Part shown: positions 1 through 15,000 of the stretch, piece by piece
How positions within the stretch are numbered: the stretch's first letter is position 1
Layout: each line of letters opens with the position of its first letter
IMG/VR virus record: IMGVR_UViG_3300025853_000048
Span: 25,450-89,449 of that record
Length of the DNA: 64,000 bases
Reading direction: 5' to 3' (one strand)
From: a virus
The notes under the pieces: model-generated
What the model saw: only the letters and a program-made list of their open reading frames with translations
The model's database searches: none
What the model was told of the DNA's origin: nothing
Program-made: the position numbers and the translations under genes

Positions 1-3000
1 TCTGTTTTATTAGAATTTTGATCCTTCCTCTTCCGATCCTGCTCCCGCTGTTTATCCGGAGTCATTCCGGGTTTAAACACTTCGATCTCAGCGTTAGGAA
101 GCATTGGTACCCACTCGGTTGTGGGGTTATCTCCGATTGAGCCGATTAGCACGTTAACAAACTTGCTTCCCTTCCTCTCTCTTACCTCGTAAACTCGCTT
201 GCGACCATCTTTGAAATAATCGACTGCGGGAATGTCCCGCCCAACAGCATCCTTGACGGAAATATTCTCGGTAACGCTGGTATCCAAAACCTGCCATTCG
301 CCGTTCTCTTTGCGGACGTGGTAACCTTGGGATTTCATTCCCGCCTTATCAGTTCGCCACGCTTCCCAAAATGAATTATTCGGTTCGGCGATGCGGGCGT
401 TTTGGGGCATCCCCTTGATTTCGACCATCTCAGTTTTGCCCCACTTCAATCCGAAGCCTTCGCGACCTCGCTGGCGCTTCAAGTCAACCCACATCGTCTT
501 ACCTGCTGATTCAGGTAGGCCGACCTGACTTTGGATAGATTGCGTCGGATCAAAACCAATCTCTTCGAAGTATTCTCCTTTGTCGTAGGGTTCTGACACC
601 CTCTGAACTCCTGCCGTCCAATATTGCTTGTTGCGCGGAGTGTTCTTCAACCCGAGAACGAAAAGCGGGGTATCCCAACCTTTTTCGCCATAGGTTTCGA
701 CCACTGCCACGGCAAGATCAAGATCGATATCAGACTTCGCTATCAAGCCTGATTGCCGCTTGGTTTCGTTCTGAATGATATCAATTTCTTCCTGTCTCTG
801 CTCGTCGGTTGTCACCGCGTCCAGGAACTTCTGGCGACCACTGAGAAAAGCGGCATCGAGTGCCTTCTTGCGGTCTTCAAAGATTTGTTTCTTAGTCTTT
901 GGTTTTTCATCGAACAACTGTTCCTGCCCGACCTCTGCATCCTTCTCGGCATCGGTGCGGGTGTCGGGAGCCTCGAATTCCGTTTCTACGGTCTGCTCTC
1001 CCACCAGGGAGAAGTCCTCTTCCACGCCCGCGACCTGGAACATGTCGGCGTTGTCATTGATTTCGGTCTGGTTGGTTTTATCCTTCCTAGTTGCAGCAAC
1101 GATAGTCTTGACATTCTCCACGCTATCCAGGCTGGTCTTCATGCTCTTGAGCGCCTTGATGGTTTCGCTCATCGCTTCAAGTCCCCGCTTGAATTTGACC
1201 GGTTTGGCGATTAGATCGAGTTCAAAAGCACTCGCGATGCCCAGTAGAGCGCCGACTGGATCTCTCTGCTTAATGTCGATCCCTGTACCGATAGCGTCGG
1301 CAACCATGCCCACGGGTCCAGGAATCAACCCTACTGCGGAAGCGGTGAGCTCCGCGGCGTTAAGAAATAGTTCTTCCTCCAGTTTCGCGGCTTCCTCCGT
1401 GCCAAGGGTTTCCAGTTCCCGGATCGCATCAGGAACGGTCTTTGTAAGCATTTGCTTGCTCAAAGTTACCAGCTTCTTGCGGGCTTCCTTGCGTTGCTCG
1501 TTGGTGATCGCCTTGGACCGGGAAACCGCTATTTTGATTTCAGCCTCGATCGCATCAAAGTCATCGCTAAGTTTTTGGAAGGGTGACTGTTGACTTAATT
1601 CTCCTTCTTCGCCTTCCTTCGTGCTTTCTGCCAGAGTCTTTTCGGCGGCACCGGTTTCCGGGAAGCCTGCGATTCGGTTGATTTTGGCGAAGTAGGTTTC
1701 TGGGCTTTGGTCTTGTCGTTCATCGTTAAATATATCCTCGGTTTGGGATGCGTCATCACGGTTTTTCTGTTCGCGTTGTGCGAACGTTAAATATTCCCGA
1801 AGCGTCTCATCGAACGGGAATTCGTTAGAACTCCGGTCTTTCTTCAGCTTCGTTGAAGTCACCAGGTCATCCAGTAACAGTTGACCGATCTCAGAGAGTG
1901 GTTCGCTGACCAGTTCGGCTTTACGGTTGGTCAGCCAGTCGGACAGGTTGCGGAAGTTGCCCTGCTCGACTGCGTGCATTCCCGACCGCAGGGAAAGGAT
2001 CGCTTCGACCACATCGCCTGCCAGGGACAAATCATCGTCGAGTTTCGCCAGTTCCGGCGCTACCTTGGCAACTGCGGAGACGATGCGCTTGCCGCCGTCG
2101 CTCTCCAGTATAGCGGTAACATCAGCGGAGTCTTTCCCTGCCTTTTCCACTAGACGAGTCACAAATGCTGCCATGACTCGACGGGATGCTTCGGCCTGGT
2201 CAAATTCTCCCGATTGGGTCCGGGTGATTCCCCTGGCAGATTGTTCCAGTTTGGTGGCGACTGCCCGCAGAGAATCGGCGGTGAGTTGATTATTGACGTT
2301 GAACCGCAGCCCGGACAGGGTGCTGTAGCCGATGGCTTCGGCATCAAGTAACGCCTGCTCGGAAACGGATTCGCCGAGTCCGCCCTGTTTCGGGTTGCTT
2401 TCGACCACGAAAGATCGTTGATCGCCACTGGTGAACTCAATCACTTCGCGGATAAGGACCGGTTGTTTGACCCCGGCAAGATTAATGCCTTCTTCCTGCG
2501 CAAAATCGCGAACCGCAGTTTCGTAGGCCATGGCGTTGCCCCGTTCGTAGGCGAGGCGTATTCCGCTCGATCTTCCGTTTCCGGCGATAACGCTTCCGCC
2601 TGAAACAACCGGAGCGCCATCGTTGGCCTTGCGAGAATCTAGCAGGAAGTCGGGATCGATGGATGAAGCGATTCGCTCTATCTGCTCCATCGAAGAACGA
2701 TTCCCGCTTCTCTGTCGGGTCTGATCAGCATTGATCTCTGCCTCGATCATCCCGTCTAAATCTGTGGCATCAACCACCCTGTAACGGAAAGTCGCCTTGG
2801 CCCCGTTCGGGGTTCCGGTTGAAATAGTGCCGTCAATATCGGCCACATCCGGGCTTTTCGCGCCATCTGCGGGGCTTTTCTGTCCGGTATTAGGTTTCCT
2901 GACAGTTACTGCCGGTTTCTTGTAGTTGATTGGTGTATAAACTGTTCGACCGGATTTGGTGCCCTTCTGAGCGTTGGAAAGATCAACGTCGTAACCTCTC

Positions 3001-6000
3001 CTTGAGAGTGCTTCGTAAACCCTGTAGGCAGGCTCCGAAACATAGTTGTCTGACATAACATCTTTCCCATCCTCATGCGCCTTGTCAATAATCGCCTGGT
3101 AAGCCTTAATTCCCAACTTCTTGCCCTGATGTATTCCTTGCAGGGTGGATTTATGGATTCTTACTTTACCTTCATACTCACCGGCAGTCACGTACCCGAC
3201 TTCTACGTCTTTTTCATCCCGTATCGAAGCTCTAAAACCATCCTCAGAAAGTTTAATTGACCCTTCTTCCTCGAAAACGCTCTCGTCCAGGTCGAAGACT
3301 CCGGTGTTGCCGGGGTGCTTGCCTGCCTTCGCGGTCTTCTTCGATTTGGTTTGCGCGAATTCCTCCAACCGTTGCACTTGCTCTTCGGTGATCGGAGCCA
3401 GTTTATTTGGAGCATTAACGTCATCCCAATCAGCCTCCCGCTTCTGGCCTTTATCGACCATGAAGACCTTGGAAATGAAATCTTGCGCTTCCACCCCTTC
3501 TTTACCGATGCTCGCCTCGCTGTAGCCGAGCAACTCTTCAATCACTCTGTCTTTGTCATTGCGAACCGATACAACATCGCCAACTTGCGTCCTTCTCAGG
3601 GCGAACATGACTTCAGCAACCCGGGAAAAGAATGCGCCTTTTAGACCTTCATCCTTGCTCGCTTCTTGATGGGAGAGATCTGCGATTCGTCCCGCTTCCT
3701 TCTGCAACTTCAAGCTTCCGGCGTAGGTTTCGATGGCTTGCTCTGCCAATGCAATAGGATCGGTTTTCTTCGCTGCGGTCTTCTTCTTGGGGGTTTGCAC
3801 AGCAACCTCTGAGAGGTCCATTTCCACTATTTGCCCTATCAACTCCTTTGGCCCCGGCTCGACAATTGTTCCTGAGAAAATACCGTTACCCAAATCATTA
3901 GTGACCTCAACACTCCTGAAAATACTGCTACCGGTTGGGTCGTAATAAATAACCTCACCTACGTTGGGGTATTTTGTGACACCTGGATGAGGTCCGGGGT
4001 GTCTTTTTGAATCTTCTGAAAGGTCTACTCCTGTTATGTTTACCAGGCGGTCTTTATAGGATTCTATCGCTGCCTCAACCTCGTAGATTGACAACCATCC
4101 ACCCGTTTTTTTCAACAACTCAGATTTAGCCTTATCGGTCTTGAGTTCATTGTAGCGACTTGTAATACTGAAAAGATCACCAAGGCGTTTGCGGTGCGCA
4201 ACTTCTGAAGCTGATTTGGGAAGTGCTTTTCTGGGGTTATCACTCCACAATTCAAGTTTCTTGCCTGGGGCTGACTTTGCAAAAATAGCAGCGCCTTCCC
4301 CTAGACGTTTCTCTTCCGCATCTTCAAAGTCTTTGCCGGTTTCGCCTTTGATTTCATTGATCTTATCCTGATAGGATTTACCATCCCTCCGTTCTTTTTC
4401 TTCCCAGAACTGAACGGCGTCTTCAATTCGTTGAGACTCAACTGGAAGAGCGTTGTACCGTTCACTTTCGGCGCTTATATCAGCAAGAAGTTTAGACTCA
4501 ACATTATCAAGATAATCTTTCACCCCGACCCAGAAAAACAGATTCTTATTTGGGCGGACATTGGCACTTGATGAGAAATTACGAACTTTCTCTCTAACCA
4601 TGTTAAGCATGGAATTCACCTTATCCAGATCCCTATTTAATCCTTCAACATAATGAGATCCAACCCCCGTGGTTCTGGCAGTATTTTTCCATTCCGGTAA
4701 TTGTTTCTCTGCGTATTCAACCCCCCTCTTCCATTGTTCATCTGACTGGCTATGTTTATCCCATGCGATCAGTTTTGTGTTACCAGCTGAATCCGTGGTG
4801 CGTTTTGATTTGGTTAGCGTGTCAGGTTTCTCTTCAGCAACTTTCTTCTTAGCCTTCGGCTTCCGGGTTTCAGCTTTCGGGGGTTCCCCTTCCAGCGCCC
4901 TTTTCTGAGCTTCAAACTTCTTCCGGCCCTCCGCGGTCAACTCCTGAGTACCATCTTTCTCGAACTTCTTCTTATAGATGATGCCGTTATTGGCCAGCAC
5001 CTTGGCGCTGCCGGGGTGACCTTTCTTGCCTTCGCCGATGGCCATCATGGCGCGGACCTGGGCGGCATTTAAACCGTCTGGACGCTCGCTCTTGCCGGTC
5101 TTGGCGGCGTGGATGGAGTAGCCGGTTTTGAGAAGTTTCAGCTCATTACTCACCACTTCCATGGTTTCCTGGCTGCGGTCACCGAGGATGAATTTCTCCA
5201 GTGCCGGATTGATCATCAACCCGTCCGCTTCACCTTCCTTGGAACGTTGCAACTGGCTAGGCGTATCGGCGTCGCCCATATCAACCACCAGGATACGCAG
5301 ATCCAGAAGTTGGTCGTATTCCTCCGGTGACAAATCCTCGCCGTTGATCCATTTTTTCAGCTCTTCAGCGTGGCGGATATCGACTGTTTTCTCAGTGGTG
5401 TCCTGTGGATCCTGGGCGAGCGGTTTGCCCTGCCAGTCGAGCGGGAGTAAAGATCCCCGTTCTTCGTTCTTGGTTCCTGGTTCTTCGTTGGTTGCTGGCC
5501 CCATCGGGATGTTGCGACCGTCCACCTTGCGGTGGAATTCCTCGTACTGGCGCAACTCTTTGTCGCTTGGCTTTTTAGCTCTGCGACCAATGGCGAATAG
5601 GTGCATATCGTCTACTCCCAGCTTGAGAGCAAACTCCCGCTCACTATCCGAAATGTAGGATTGTTGATCGTGTAGAGTCAGGTTGCCTTCGCCTCTTTGG
5701 TAAATGCGATACAAACCGTCTTCGACTTCCCGTTTCGAGAATCCCTGATCCATCACGATGGGGACCAGTTCTCCCAAGGAAACCATGCTGCCGGGGTTGT
5801 CTGATAGCCGCGTTGCCACCTTGGCAATTTCAGCGTCCACGGCGGGGCGGTTCGGGTAATCGGCTATTCCGTTTTCAGTCGGGAAGGATTCTTGAGTTTC
5901 TCCGCCCTCATAAACCGCGAATCCCTCATCGATCAGGTATTGCTTGTCAGCTTCATCGAGCGATTCCTCGCCCTCATGGACTAGGCGTTGCAATACCTCG

Positions 6001-9000
6001 TCGTCCTTGCCCTTGAGTAGGCCGGTGTAGACGTTGATCGGTTTGAACTTCTGGCGCAATTCATCGAGATCTTTATCGACAACCGAGTAGGTGCCCTGCG
6101 ATGGGTCGTAGTTGTCATCGATATCGCTCTTGCTGAATCCGGCTTGCTCGGCCTGCTCGATCAGCTCCAGCTTCATTTCGCTGGTCTTGGCCTTGGCGTA
6201 TTTCCGGCGCAACCCGGCCAGTTTCTTGCGGCGCGGAGCCTCTTGCTTGTCCCGCTCGATGGCTTCGGCGTGTCTTTCTGCCCGTTGCTGGTCCTCGGAC
6301 TTGGCCTTCTTCTGTCGTTCGCGGGTGGTTGCTGCCCGGGCCTTGTCGCGCTCTGCTACGTATTCCTTGGAGTTGCCAGCTTTGATATCGTTCACGCTGC
6401 GGCGCTCCATGTGGTCGCCAGATCCAGCAATGATGATCTCATCGAAGATGTCCCGGATTTCGTTGGGCAACTCGCCCTTCAGGTGAGCATACAGGTTCCT
6501 GGCAATCTCTTTGACCACCCGGAACGCTTCCTTAATCTTGTCGCTGGCTCCCTGGGGGAATTTACCTCTGCGGAAATATTCCTCGGCGTGTTCCGCGAAT
6601 TTCTCTTCTGACTCCGGACTCCAATCGTCGGTTGCTTCACCGTAAAATTCATTGAGTCGATTACCGATTTCAGTTCCCTTAAGCAGTTCACGGTCGAGGT
6701 GAATGATTTCGTGAAGCAAGGTGATGGCGTCGGCCTTGCCCTCGATCAGGCCGATGAGGTTATCGGCGCGACGGTAGAAGCCCTTGATTGCGCGGCCCTT
6801 GCCGCCACGCTGAAGCAGGATCGCGTCTTCCGGTGCGATGTTTTCGCTCGAATACGGCGCGATGGCGGCGCGTTGCTCGGCGGTGAGGTTCGCCCGGGAC
6901 TGGACGTCGCGGGCCTCGATCTCGCCTGCGGTGCGACGGTAATCCCTGTCTGGTGCAAAAATTCTCTTCTCACGTTCTTTTTCGTATTTCTCTTTTTCGT
7001 GTTGATACCATTCCCGCGCCTCATCGATGTCTGACATCATTTCCGTCAGTTCCAATTCACGTGGATCTATCTCCCTGTCTGCTAACCGAGAATACTTCTT
7101 CGCCGCCAGTTGTGCATTTTCAGCATCCAGTTGTGCCGCCGATCTGCGCTTGTATTTCTCAGCTAGTTCTTCCGCGTGCTTGATCCGCAGTTCGTGCCGT
7201 TTACGAAGTTCTTCTACCGGTGTTGTTCCGTTCTCTTCGGCAGATTCAAAATATTTGGTCACCATGAACTTTCGACTGACTTCTTTGTTCAATCGGTCGA
7301 AATCTTCATCAGCCATTTGCATACCTTGGCGATGCTCTAGCGGAGAACTCCCTCTTGCGAATCCTTCTCTATGCTGAATAGCGTGTTGAATTTCGTGCAG
7401 GAGAGAACTCAACCCCCTTCCTTGTGCGCCTATCGAAATTCTCTCTTTTCCTCCAATGTTAATATAAACCGCATCTATTCCGTCTTTCAACGAAACTGGA
7501 ATCTTGCCAATCTCAGGATATGCCTCAAACAAAGCCGTATGATCCAGCAAATCGCGCAACTCAACTTCTTCAGTGTCGCCGTTTTTCAACAGATCTAGAA
7601 CCTCATCGTAAATCTTCGCACCCTCGTCAGGAATCTCCCAACGCATCTTGCCGTCGTACTTCCCAGGGAACCAACCCGTAGCGGCGCGGATCGTCTCGCT
7701 GTCCCTGCCTGCCGCCGCCATCGCCTTGGCTGTTTCCAGGCTGTCGGCCATGAACTGCGGCACCTCGGCGTTCTCGCCCGCGAACTGGTAGAGGATCGAG
7801 TCTTTGTCGGAGTCGAAGCGTTGGGAGAGCGGGATGACTTCGCCGTCTTTGTCGTAGGTGACAGGATCGGCTGATTTGATCTGGTTGGGGTTCGTTGTCA
7901 CATAAACAGTAGATGAACCAGCTTCCGCGTCATCCATCCAACTATCACCTATGTCTTCAAATATAATACCATCGTATTTTGTGTCATCAAAATTCCTTAC
8001 TACATCTTGAGTGCTGCTACCGTGCTCCGAACTCAACTCATCCCATTTTTCTCCTTTGGCATCTATAACCAAAGGTGTTTCCATTTTTAAATAGACATCG
8101 TATACTCTTTCCCCACTTGCATATCCATCGGCGTTCCACCAATCATCAGTGAAGTAGGAAAAATCGTTGAAAACCTCGATGTTTTCCGCATGGCTAGTTC
8201 CATGATAAGCAGGGCCAATATTATATCCTGCCTCTTTTGCTGCCTCATCAATCAACCTCTCCACAGTGTTTAGATCCCCAGCCTCAACAGCCGCCAGATA
8301 CTCCCTATCGCGCTCCTCATCCACCTGCTTGAGCGTATCCCGGCCCCGCGCCTTGCGAACCTTATCCGGCACCTGCGCCAACGCCTCAATCGAGAATTCA
8401 GCCTCGCTCAATCCGGCCTCTTTACGCAGCTTTTGCGCCCCGGCGATCAGTGCGCCGGCCAGGTCGGTCAGGGCGTTGATTTCGTCGTCGGTCTTGGCTA
8501 GTCCGAGCTTGCGGCTCAGTTCGGTCAGTCCGGCTGAGATTCTTTCGTATTCCTGCTGCTGCTTCGGCGTGAATTTCTTTTTGGAGAGGGTGTCGGTGAT
8601 GGTTCCGGCAGTTGATGATGCATCTTTCGCTTTCGCTTTCTTCCGCTTGGGCTTCGATAGCGTGTCCAGGTCCAGATCACCACTGGCGAAATCATCGGGA
8701 TTGGCATCGGTCTTGGGCTTCGGAGTGGGTGCAGCTTGCTTACCACCTGTCAAATACTCAGCCAATGCAGCGGGCGCTTTATTCAAGTTACGCTTGGCTT
8801 GCGCGATCTGCTTGCTTTCTCCAGGCAGAGCGAGACGAGTTTTACCTTTCTCATCAGTCGGGACGTACCCTTGATCAATCATATCCAGCAGGTAGGTCAA
8901 CTGACTGGCCTTTTCGCCGGGACGTTGTTTCTTAAGGGCATCCTCGATGGCACCCTTGTCCCTCGGTGTGGCATCCAGTGAACTCAGGTAATCAATCAGG

Positions 9001-12000
9001 ACTTCGGCTTCCCGAGCGGGCATTCCCTCAATATCAGGCTGGAAATCACGGCCCGCTGCCTTGCGCTGGTTCATCCAGTTTTCATCGTAGTAAGCATCAG
9101 TTCTGCTCACCGCATCGTAGAAGTAGGAACCGATGCTGTTGCTCTGAATGATTGCCACTTCCTCAATGATCAATTGCTGGCGCATATCCTCGGGCAGGAA
9201 ATCCAAAGCTTTGTGCAACCTGCCAACCAGGTCCGGTTTGGAAATCTGGTGGTGATATTCTTCTTCCAGTGCCTTGATGTTATTCTTGGCCTGACGTTTC
9301 AGTTCCTCGGGACTGGTCTTATTGCGTCGGAACAGGTTAGCCATCTTGTCCATGATTGAATCAAGCTTGGCTTTGGCTTCGGCGATGATCGGCAGATTCT
9401 TGACCGAATCCCAGATACTCTTCTCAACCCCTTTCAAGGTGTCTTCCGCTTTCGCCCGTGTGGTTGGGTCTAACTCGGCGAGAATCGCGTTGCGGCGTTC
9501 TATCGCTTCGTTTCGGTTCGCCTGCTTCTGACGCAAGTTCTGCATCAGTGTCGGCGGGATATTGACATAGGAATAGGTCTGATTGCGGTCGGATTCGTAA
9601 ACCACCCGCATAGCGCCTGTTACAGGATTCCAACCGATCTTGGTGATAGTCCGCGATCCGTGCTTGAGTCCCGACGTGGCAATCCACTCCATATCCGGGT
9701 CTTCCGGAAGTTGCGGCTCGAGCAGTTCAGCCCGCTCCCTGCCGGTCATCCCTGGTTGCACTTCAAGATCAGGCTTCGGTTCGGGTGCGGTGGCTTTTTC
9801 CTCACCCAAAAGCATGATTTCGTCCAGCACCTTGCGGACTTCGGCGGGAATATCGTTGTGGATCGGTGATCCGGCCAGTTGCGCGTAGATGCCGCGTATA
9901 ACTTCTGCTACCTTGGCCAGTGCTGCCTTCAACCTGTCCGGTAACCCATCAGGGAAGTCTCCGTCCCGCATATAGCGTTCGACGTGACGGGCAAAGACTT
10001 CTTCCTGGTCATCGGTCCATTCGTCGGTAGCGATGCCGTACGCGGCGTTCAGTTCGCTACCGAGATCAGTGCCCTTGAGCAGTTCCCGGGACATGTGCGC
10101 CACCTCATGCATGATGGTGGATTCGTTGGCCTTGCCCTGGATTAGCCCAATCAGGTTCTGTGATCGGTCGTAAAAGCCCTGAGGGTCGCCATGCTCATCC
10201 TTGGAGAAGAGGATGATTGCCTCTTCCTTGGCAATGTTCTCGATATCGTAAGGTTCGACCAATGCGCGGACCTTGGCGTCGTAGGTGAGTCTGCCCTGAG
10301 TGTCGCGGGCTTCGATCTCGCCCGCCGTGCGCTGGTAGTCGGCAAAACCTTTCTCAGCGGCGCCTATCCCGTCCGGTCCTTCAATTTCCTGAATACGAGC
10401 AACATACTCGCTTCGTTCGCCCATCAGGTAGTCATACCTCTCTTTATTGCCCTCTTTGGACGCAAGGGACATCTCTTCATTGAGATACATGACGTACCGG
10501 TTGAGGTCGTCCACGGTTTCCTTGTAGTTACGAATATTATTTTGGAAGTTGCCACCCTTGGCGAAGCCTTCCTCTTCCTGAATCCAGTGCTGAATTTCAT
10601 GAATCAGGGTAGATAGTGCGTCTTCCTTGTTCTTAGCCCTAACCGTGATTTGCGGCTGCAGGTCGAACAGTCCTTCCGATTCGCGGTTTTCGTAGGGTTG
10701 GAATTCTCCACCCTCATCCTTTACATCAGGGCCAATTGTGATAATCAGGTCCACGTTGCCTACATCGGGGTATGCTTCGTAAAGTTCTGGGTGATCAAGA
10801 ATATCGCTGACAAAAGTTGCCCTGGTGTAATCAGATTGAACTGGTCGCACGGTGTATCCGGAATCCAGCTTGTTGAGTTTTGTCACTTCAGCATCCGCTC
10901 CTGCCTGGTCGTCATACCCGGAAACCTCGTTGCCTCTGGAGTCCACAACGTTGTAAACGGTTGCGGAATCGCTCACGCCATCCTTGAAGGAAGCGCCTTT
11001 ATCCGGAATCTCCCACCGCATCTTGCCGTCATACCTGCCTGGGAACCAGCCGGTCACGGCCCGGATCTCCTTGGCCGACTTACCTGCCGCTGCCATGGCC
11101 TTGGCTGTCTCCAGTGTGTCCTGCATTACCTCTGGAATAGCGGCAGTTTCGCCAGCGTATTGGGTAAGCACGCCTTCCTTCTTGTCGGTCATCCGCTTCA
11201 ACCGCTGGAAGACCGCTTTTTGCCGGTTCGGCTTCAGGCTGGCGACATTGTTCAGGAAGTGAGCGGTAACCATTCCCAGGGCTGCGTCATTTTCACGATC
11301 GCCAGTTTCCAGGAAAGTAACCATCTCGCGTACCGCTGCATTGACCGATTTCGGGTCATTCAGGTCGGCGGTTTGTGGAGTCTTGCCCCCCGCTTGCTCT
11401 TGGAGCTTCTTGCGTGCGGTTTCCCGCTTGTCTTGATCACTGACTTCCTTCTTTCCAAGGTTGCGCGGTGGCGTGTAGCTCGATTCGGCTTGGCTGCTCG
11501 CCTTGGCTATGCCGGTAGTCGTGGGGGGAACCGTTTCCGCCACAACACCCTTTTTCCCGGCAGTTGTGGCGGCTTCGACCGGCTCGACAATCGCCTTCAT
11601 CGGCTGAAACTCGCCAACCCCATCGTGCATGTTCCAGCCGGGGCGGATCACTCGCACTTTTTCACCGCGGACCACGTTGCTTTCGCCCGCGTGTAATCCA
11701 GGATCGGCAGAAACAACCTCGCCTTCTGCCCCGATCTCGATGAATCCAGCATCGCGAAACATCTCGTTAATCAGCTCGCGGGTTTCATCGTTCTCTGCGT
11801 GCCTGTAGGCCGTCTGTAGCTGTATAAAAAACTTGCGTTGCACTTCTGCCGTGGAAGCATCGATGTGATTAATGCTCCTGCCGGTAATGCCTTTCGCCTC
11901 GTCCGCGAATACCGTTTTGATCAAACTGTTGAATGATGCACGCATGGACTTCATCACCGCTTTCGGAACGGTTTTACTCTTATCCATTTCGCGCATCTTC

Positions 12001-15000
12001 GCCTTGGCGTTGGCAACTGCTGTACGGAATTCTGCCGTCTTATCGTCCACCTGGGCTTCCTCCACCACCTCAGGGTTCCGCATCTCATCCAATCGGCGCT
12101 GAAAATCCTGGCGATTGCCAACTAAGTGCGTCGAGTAGTTGCGCTTGTAAGCATCAAACAGTTGATCGTCATCAGCCTTGCCGTCGAAACTCTCCTGCAG
12201 GAAGGTGATGTTCTTGGCGAAGGTTTCGGGGGTGATGGGAACTTGCTTGGATTTCGGCTTCTTGGTGCTGGGCGCTTTACTCCCGGATTCCTCGCCCTTC
12301 CACTCATCGACCACCTTCTGCCCAGCCTCGGTAATCTCATACTCTCCGGCCTCGTTAAGCCTCGCGTAAGCCTCCGGGCGCTCTTTGGTGGTGTTGGTGA
12401 GGAAAGATAGATATCGCTTGCCAGCGGGCCTGTCCGTGTCTCCTGCGAGGTTTAGCAGGGCATCAAACATGGATGCGCTGGAAATACCTTTCGGAAACTT
12501 CGGTTTTGCGCCTTTCGCGGCGTGAATTTCGATATTTTCAGCCAACGACGGCGTTTTGGCGTCCAGATCCGGACCTGCCGCCTGCCGCATCTGGTTGAGA
12601 CGTTTGACAATCCGTTTCCTCTGATCGATGGCCATTGCCTTGGTTTCCGGATCCTTGATCTCGGTAATCATCCGGGATAGGTTTTGCGCCACCTGCTTGA
12701 GCCACCTGATAATGACCGGCATCATGTATTCGATACCCTCAATCTCTGTAACCCGACCGGCAAACTCCTTGTCCTGGATGATCATCCGGTGGAATTCGTG
12801 AGCGCCTAGAAAGTCTCCTTTTTTCAGACTGGAGAAACGATCAACCGGTTCATGCCCCAGGTACTGTTTCAGATATGTGATAATTTCCGGCGTACCCTTT
12901 GCTACCTGATCGATAAATTCATCGCTAATATCCAACGACTCGCTCCGAGCAACTTCCTGATCGATTATTTCGACAGCTTCTAGGGCATCTTCCCGGTATT
13001 GTTTCGGGACGCCTTTTAGACGGGAAATAAAGTATGATCGCTCCACTTCTCGTTTGATATCTTCAGGCAAGGCTCGCCATAACTCTTTAGCCTCTCTTAT
13101 CGACAACTCCTCTAGTGCCGCCTGGTGAATCAACTCCTCACTGAGTAATACAGCAATCCTTTCCTGGGAGTAACCGCTCCTGGCCAGCCACCCCAGATCG
13201 ACCTTCAGGGCAACATCGCCATTGGGTAACTTGCGGACGCTCATCGCCGTGCCGGAAGCGACTTCCTCAAGGCCAACTTGTTGAATTTCTTCAATCGGTC
13301 CGTAAACAATACCCCCTGGAAACGCACGCTCGCCATACTTGGCAACTTCCAACTCGATCACCTCTGCAACTTTTTCAGCCTTTTTCTGGTAAGTGGGAGG
13401 GATTTCATCGATTGCCACGGCAAGATCATCGGTACCCTGGTCATTCGGCACGATGTAATCCCTTTTCTCCGGCAACGGATCAGGAACCTTGTTGCCTTTA
13501 GGTTTCGGGTAGGCCTGCTTCTGCTTCGGACGCTTGCGCTCGGTCGGCTCCTTGCGCTTCGGCTTGATCACCGATTCAATGCCGTCAGTCAGTTCTCTCA
13601 GTGCCGGGTTTTCATCCAGGTTGTTGTAAATCCAGTTCAGGAACTTCTTCAGGTAGCGGCGGAAATGAGGCGATGAGGTGCGCCCGTTAAACTTGCCCTC
13701 GATAATTGCACGGGTTGCTTCGGAAACCTTCTTTGCCGGGGTCAACCCATCGAATCCATTGTATTCCTTGAGCATCAGCCCGTGCAAAACTTTGTCGTAC
13801 TGCGGGGAACGCGGGTCGAACGCCTTGGATGCGGCATCGATCAGCTCCGGATTATCGGCGGCAAACACCCGTTGCGCGGCGTGAACTCCCTCGTGGAAGA
13901 TGGTTCGCTCGATCTGGGCAACGGAGCGACGCTTGTTCTGGTCTTCGAAGATCACAATCGCCGGATTGCCGTCGCTATCAGTGACGGTTACGCCAGTTCC
14001 CTTGCGGGATAGGCTCCTACCGAGCAATGCTTCGCCGTGCGCCTTGTTCTGCGCCACGATAACGCGTACCCCGCTGGCCTTCAGGGTGTCCAGCATCGCC
14101 GACTGGTTGCCGATCGCCCGGTTGATCTTTTTGATACTGGATAAGGTTTCATCCTTTTGTGGGGCAGGAGTCTTCGGCTTCTTGGCTTTCGGTTTCTTTT
14201 TTGCAGGTGCCGCTACCTGGTCAGCCCTGACCAAGGTGATATCGTAATCATAGGGATTGATCGTTTCATCCCCCGGAATCTGGGGGGCTACCTTGCGCAA
14301 CGCTTCTTTGGAAGAAGAGGCGATGGAGGTGGGCACAGTAAACGTTTGATCACCGGTGAGAGATGAGACACTCCAGTAATCACCACCCCCATCGCTGCTT
14401 AGAGATTCACCACCGGTCGAAACTTCTTCCGGTGATGCTATTGATGAGTTTGCGTCATCAGCATCTTGTTCCAAAGTAGAGTCCGCAACTGTTTTTTCTT
14501 CTTCCTCGGTCGATTTAGGGTCAGTTTCAGGTTCTGCTTCAACTTCTTGCTCTGCGGGAGCGGAAAACTTGGCCTTGGCCGTCTCGTAATCCATCGTGAG
14601 GAACGCTTCTGCCGCTTCAGGGAATATTGCCTTTGCCTGATCATGCGCTTCTTCGGTGATAACTGGGACCGGTCCTTCCGGGCTATCAACTATTTCATAA
14701 ACTGGTGAGTTCAGGTGTCCAACGGGAGACTTGAGTGCAGGATGGTCAAGGTTCACCGCTTTGTTGTCTGCCCCTATCCTGACCGCTGCCGCTGCCTGAA
14801 GGGTGGCTATGTAGTTAGCCATCGCCCTTTTGTAGGCTCCCGCATTACCCTCCGGGTCAGCTTCCTCTGCCTGCTTTGCCTCAGTTGCCGCGTCTTTGGC
14901 CGCGTTGATAGCGCCTTCAATCTCGGCGGAAAAGCCTGCCGCCATTTTGACGCTCTGGCGAATCTGGGTCAACCGGTCAGCTTCGATTTCCTCGATCCTC

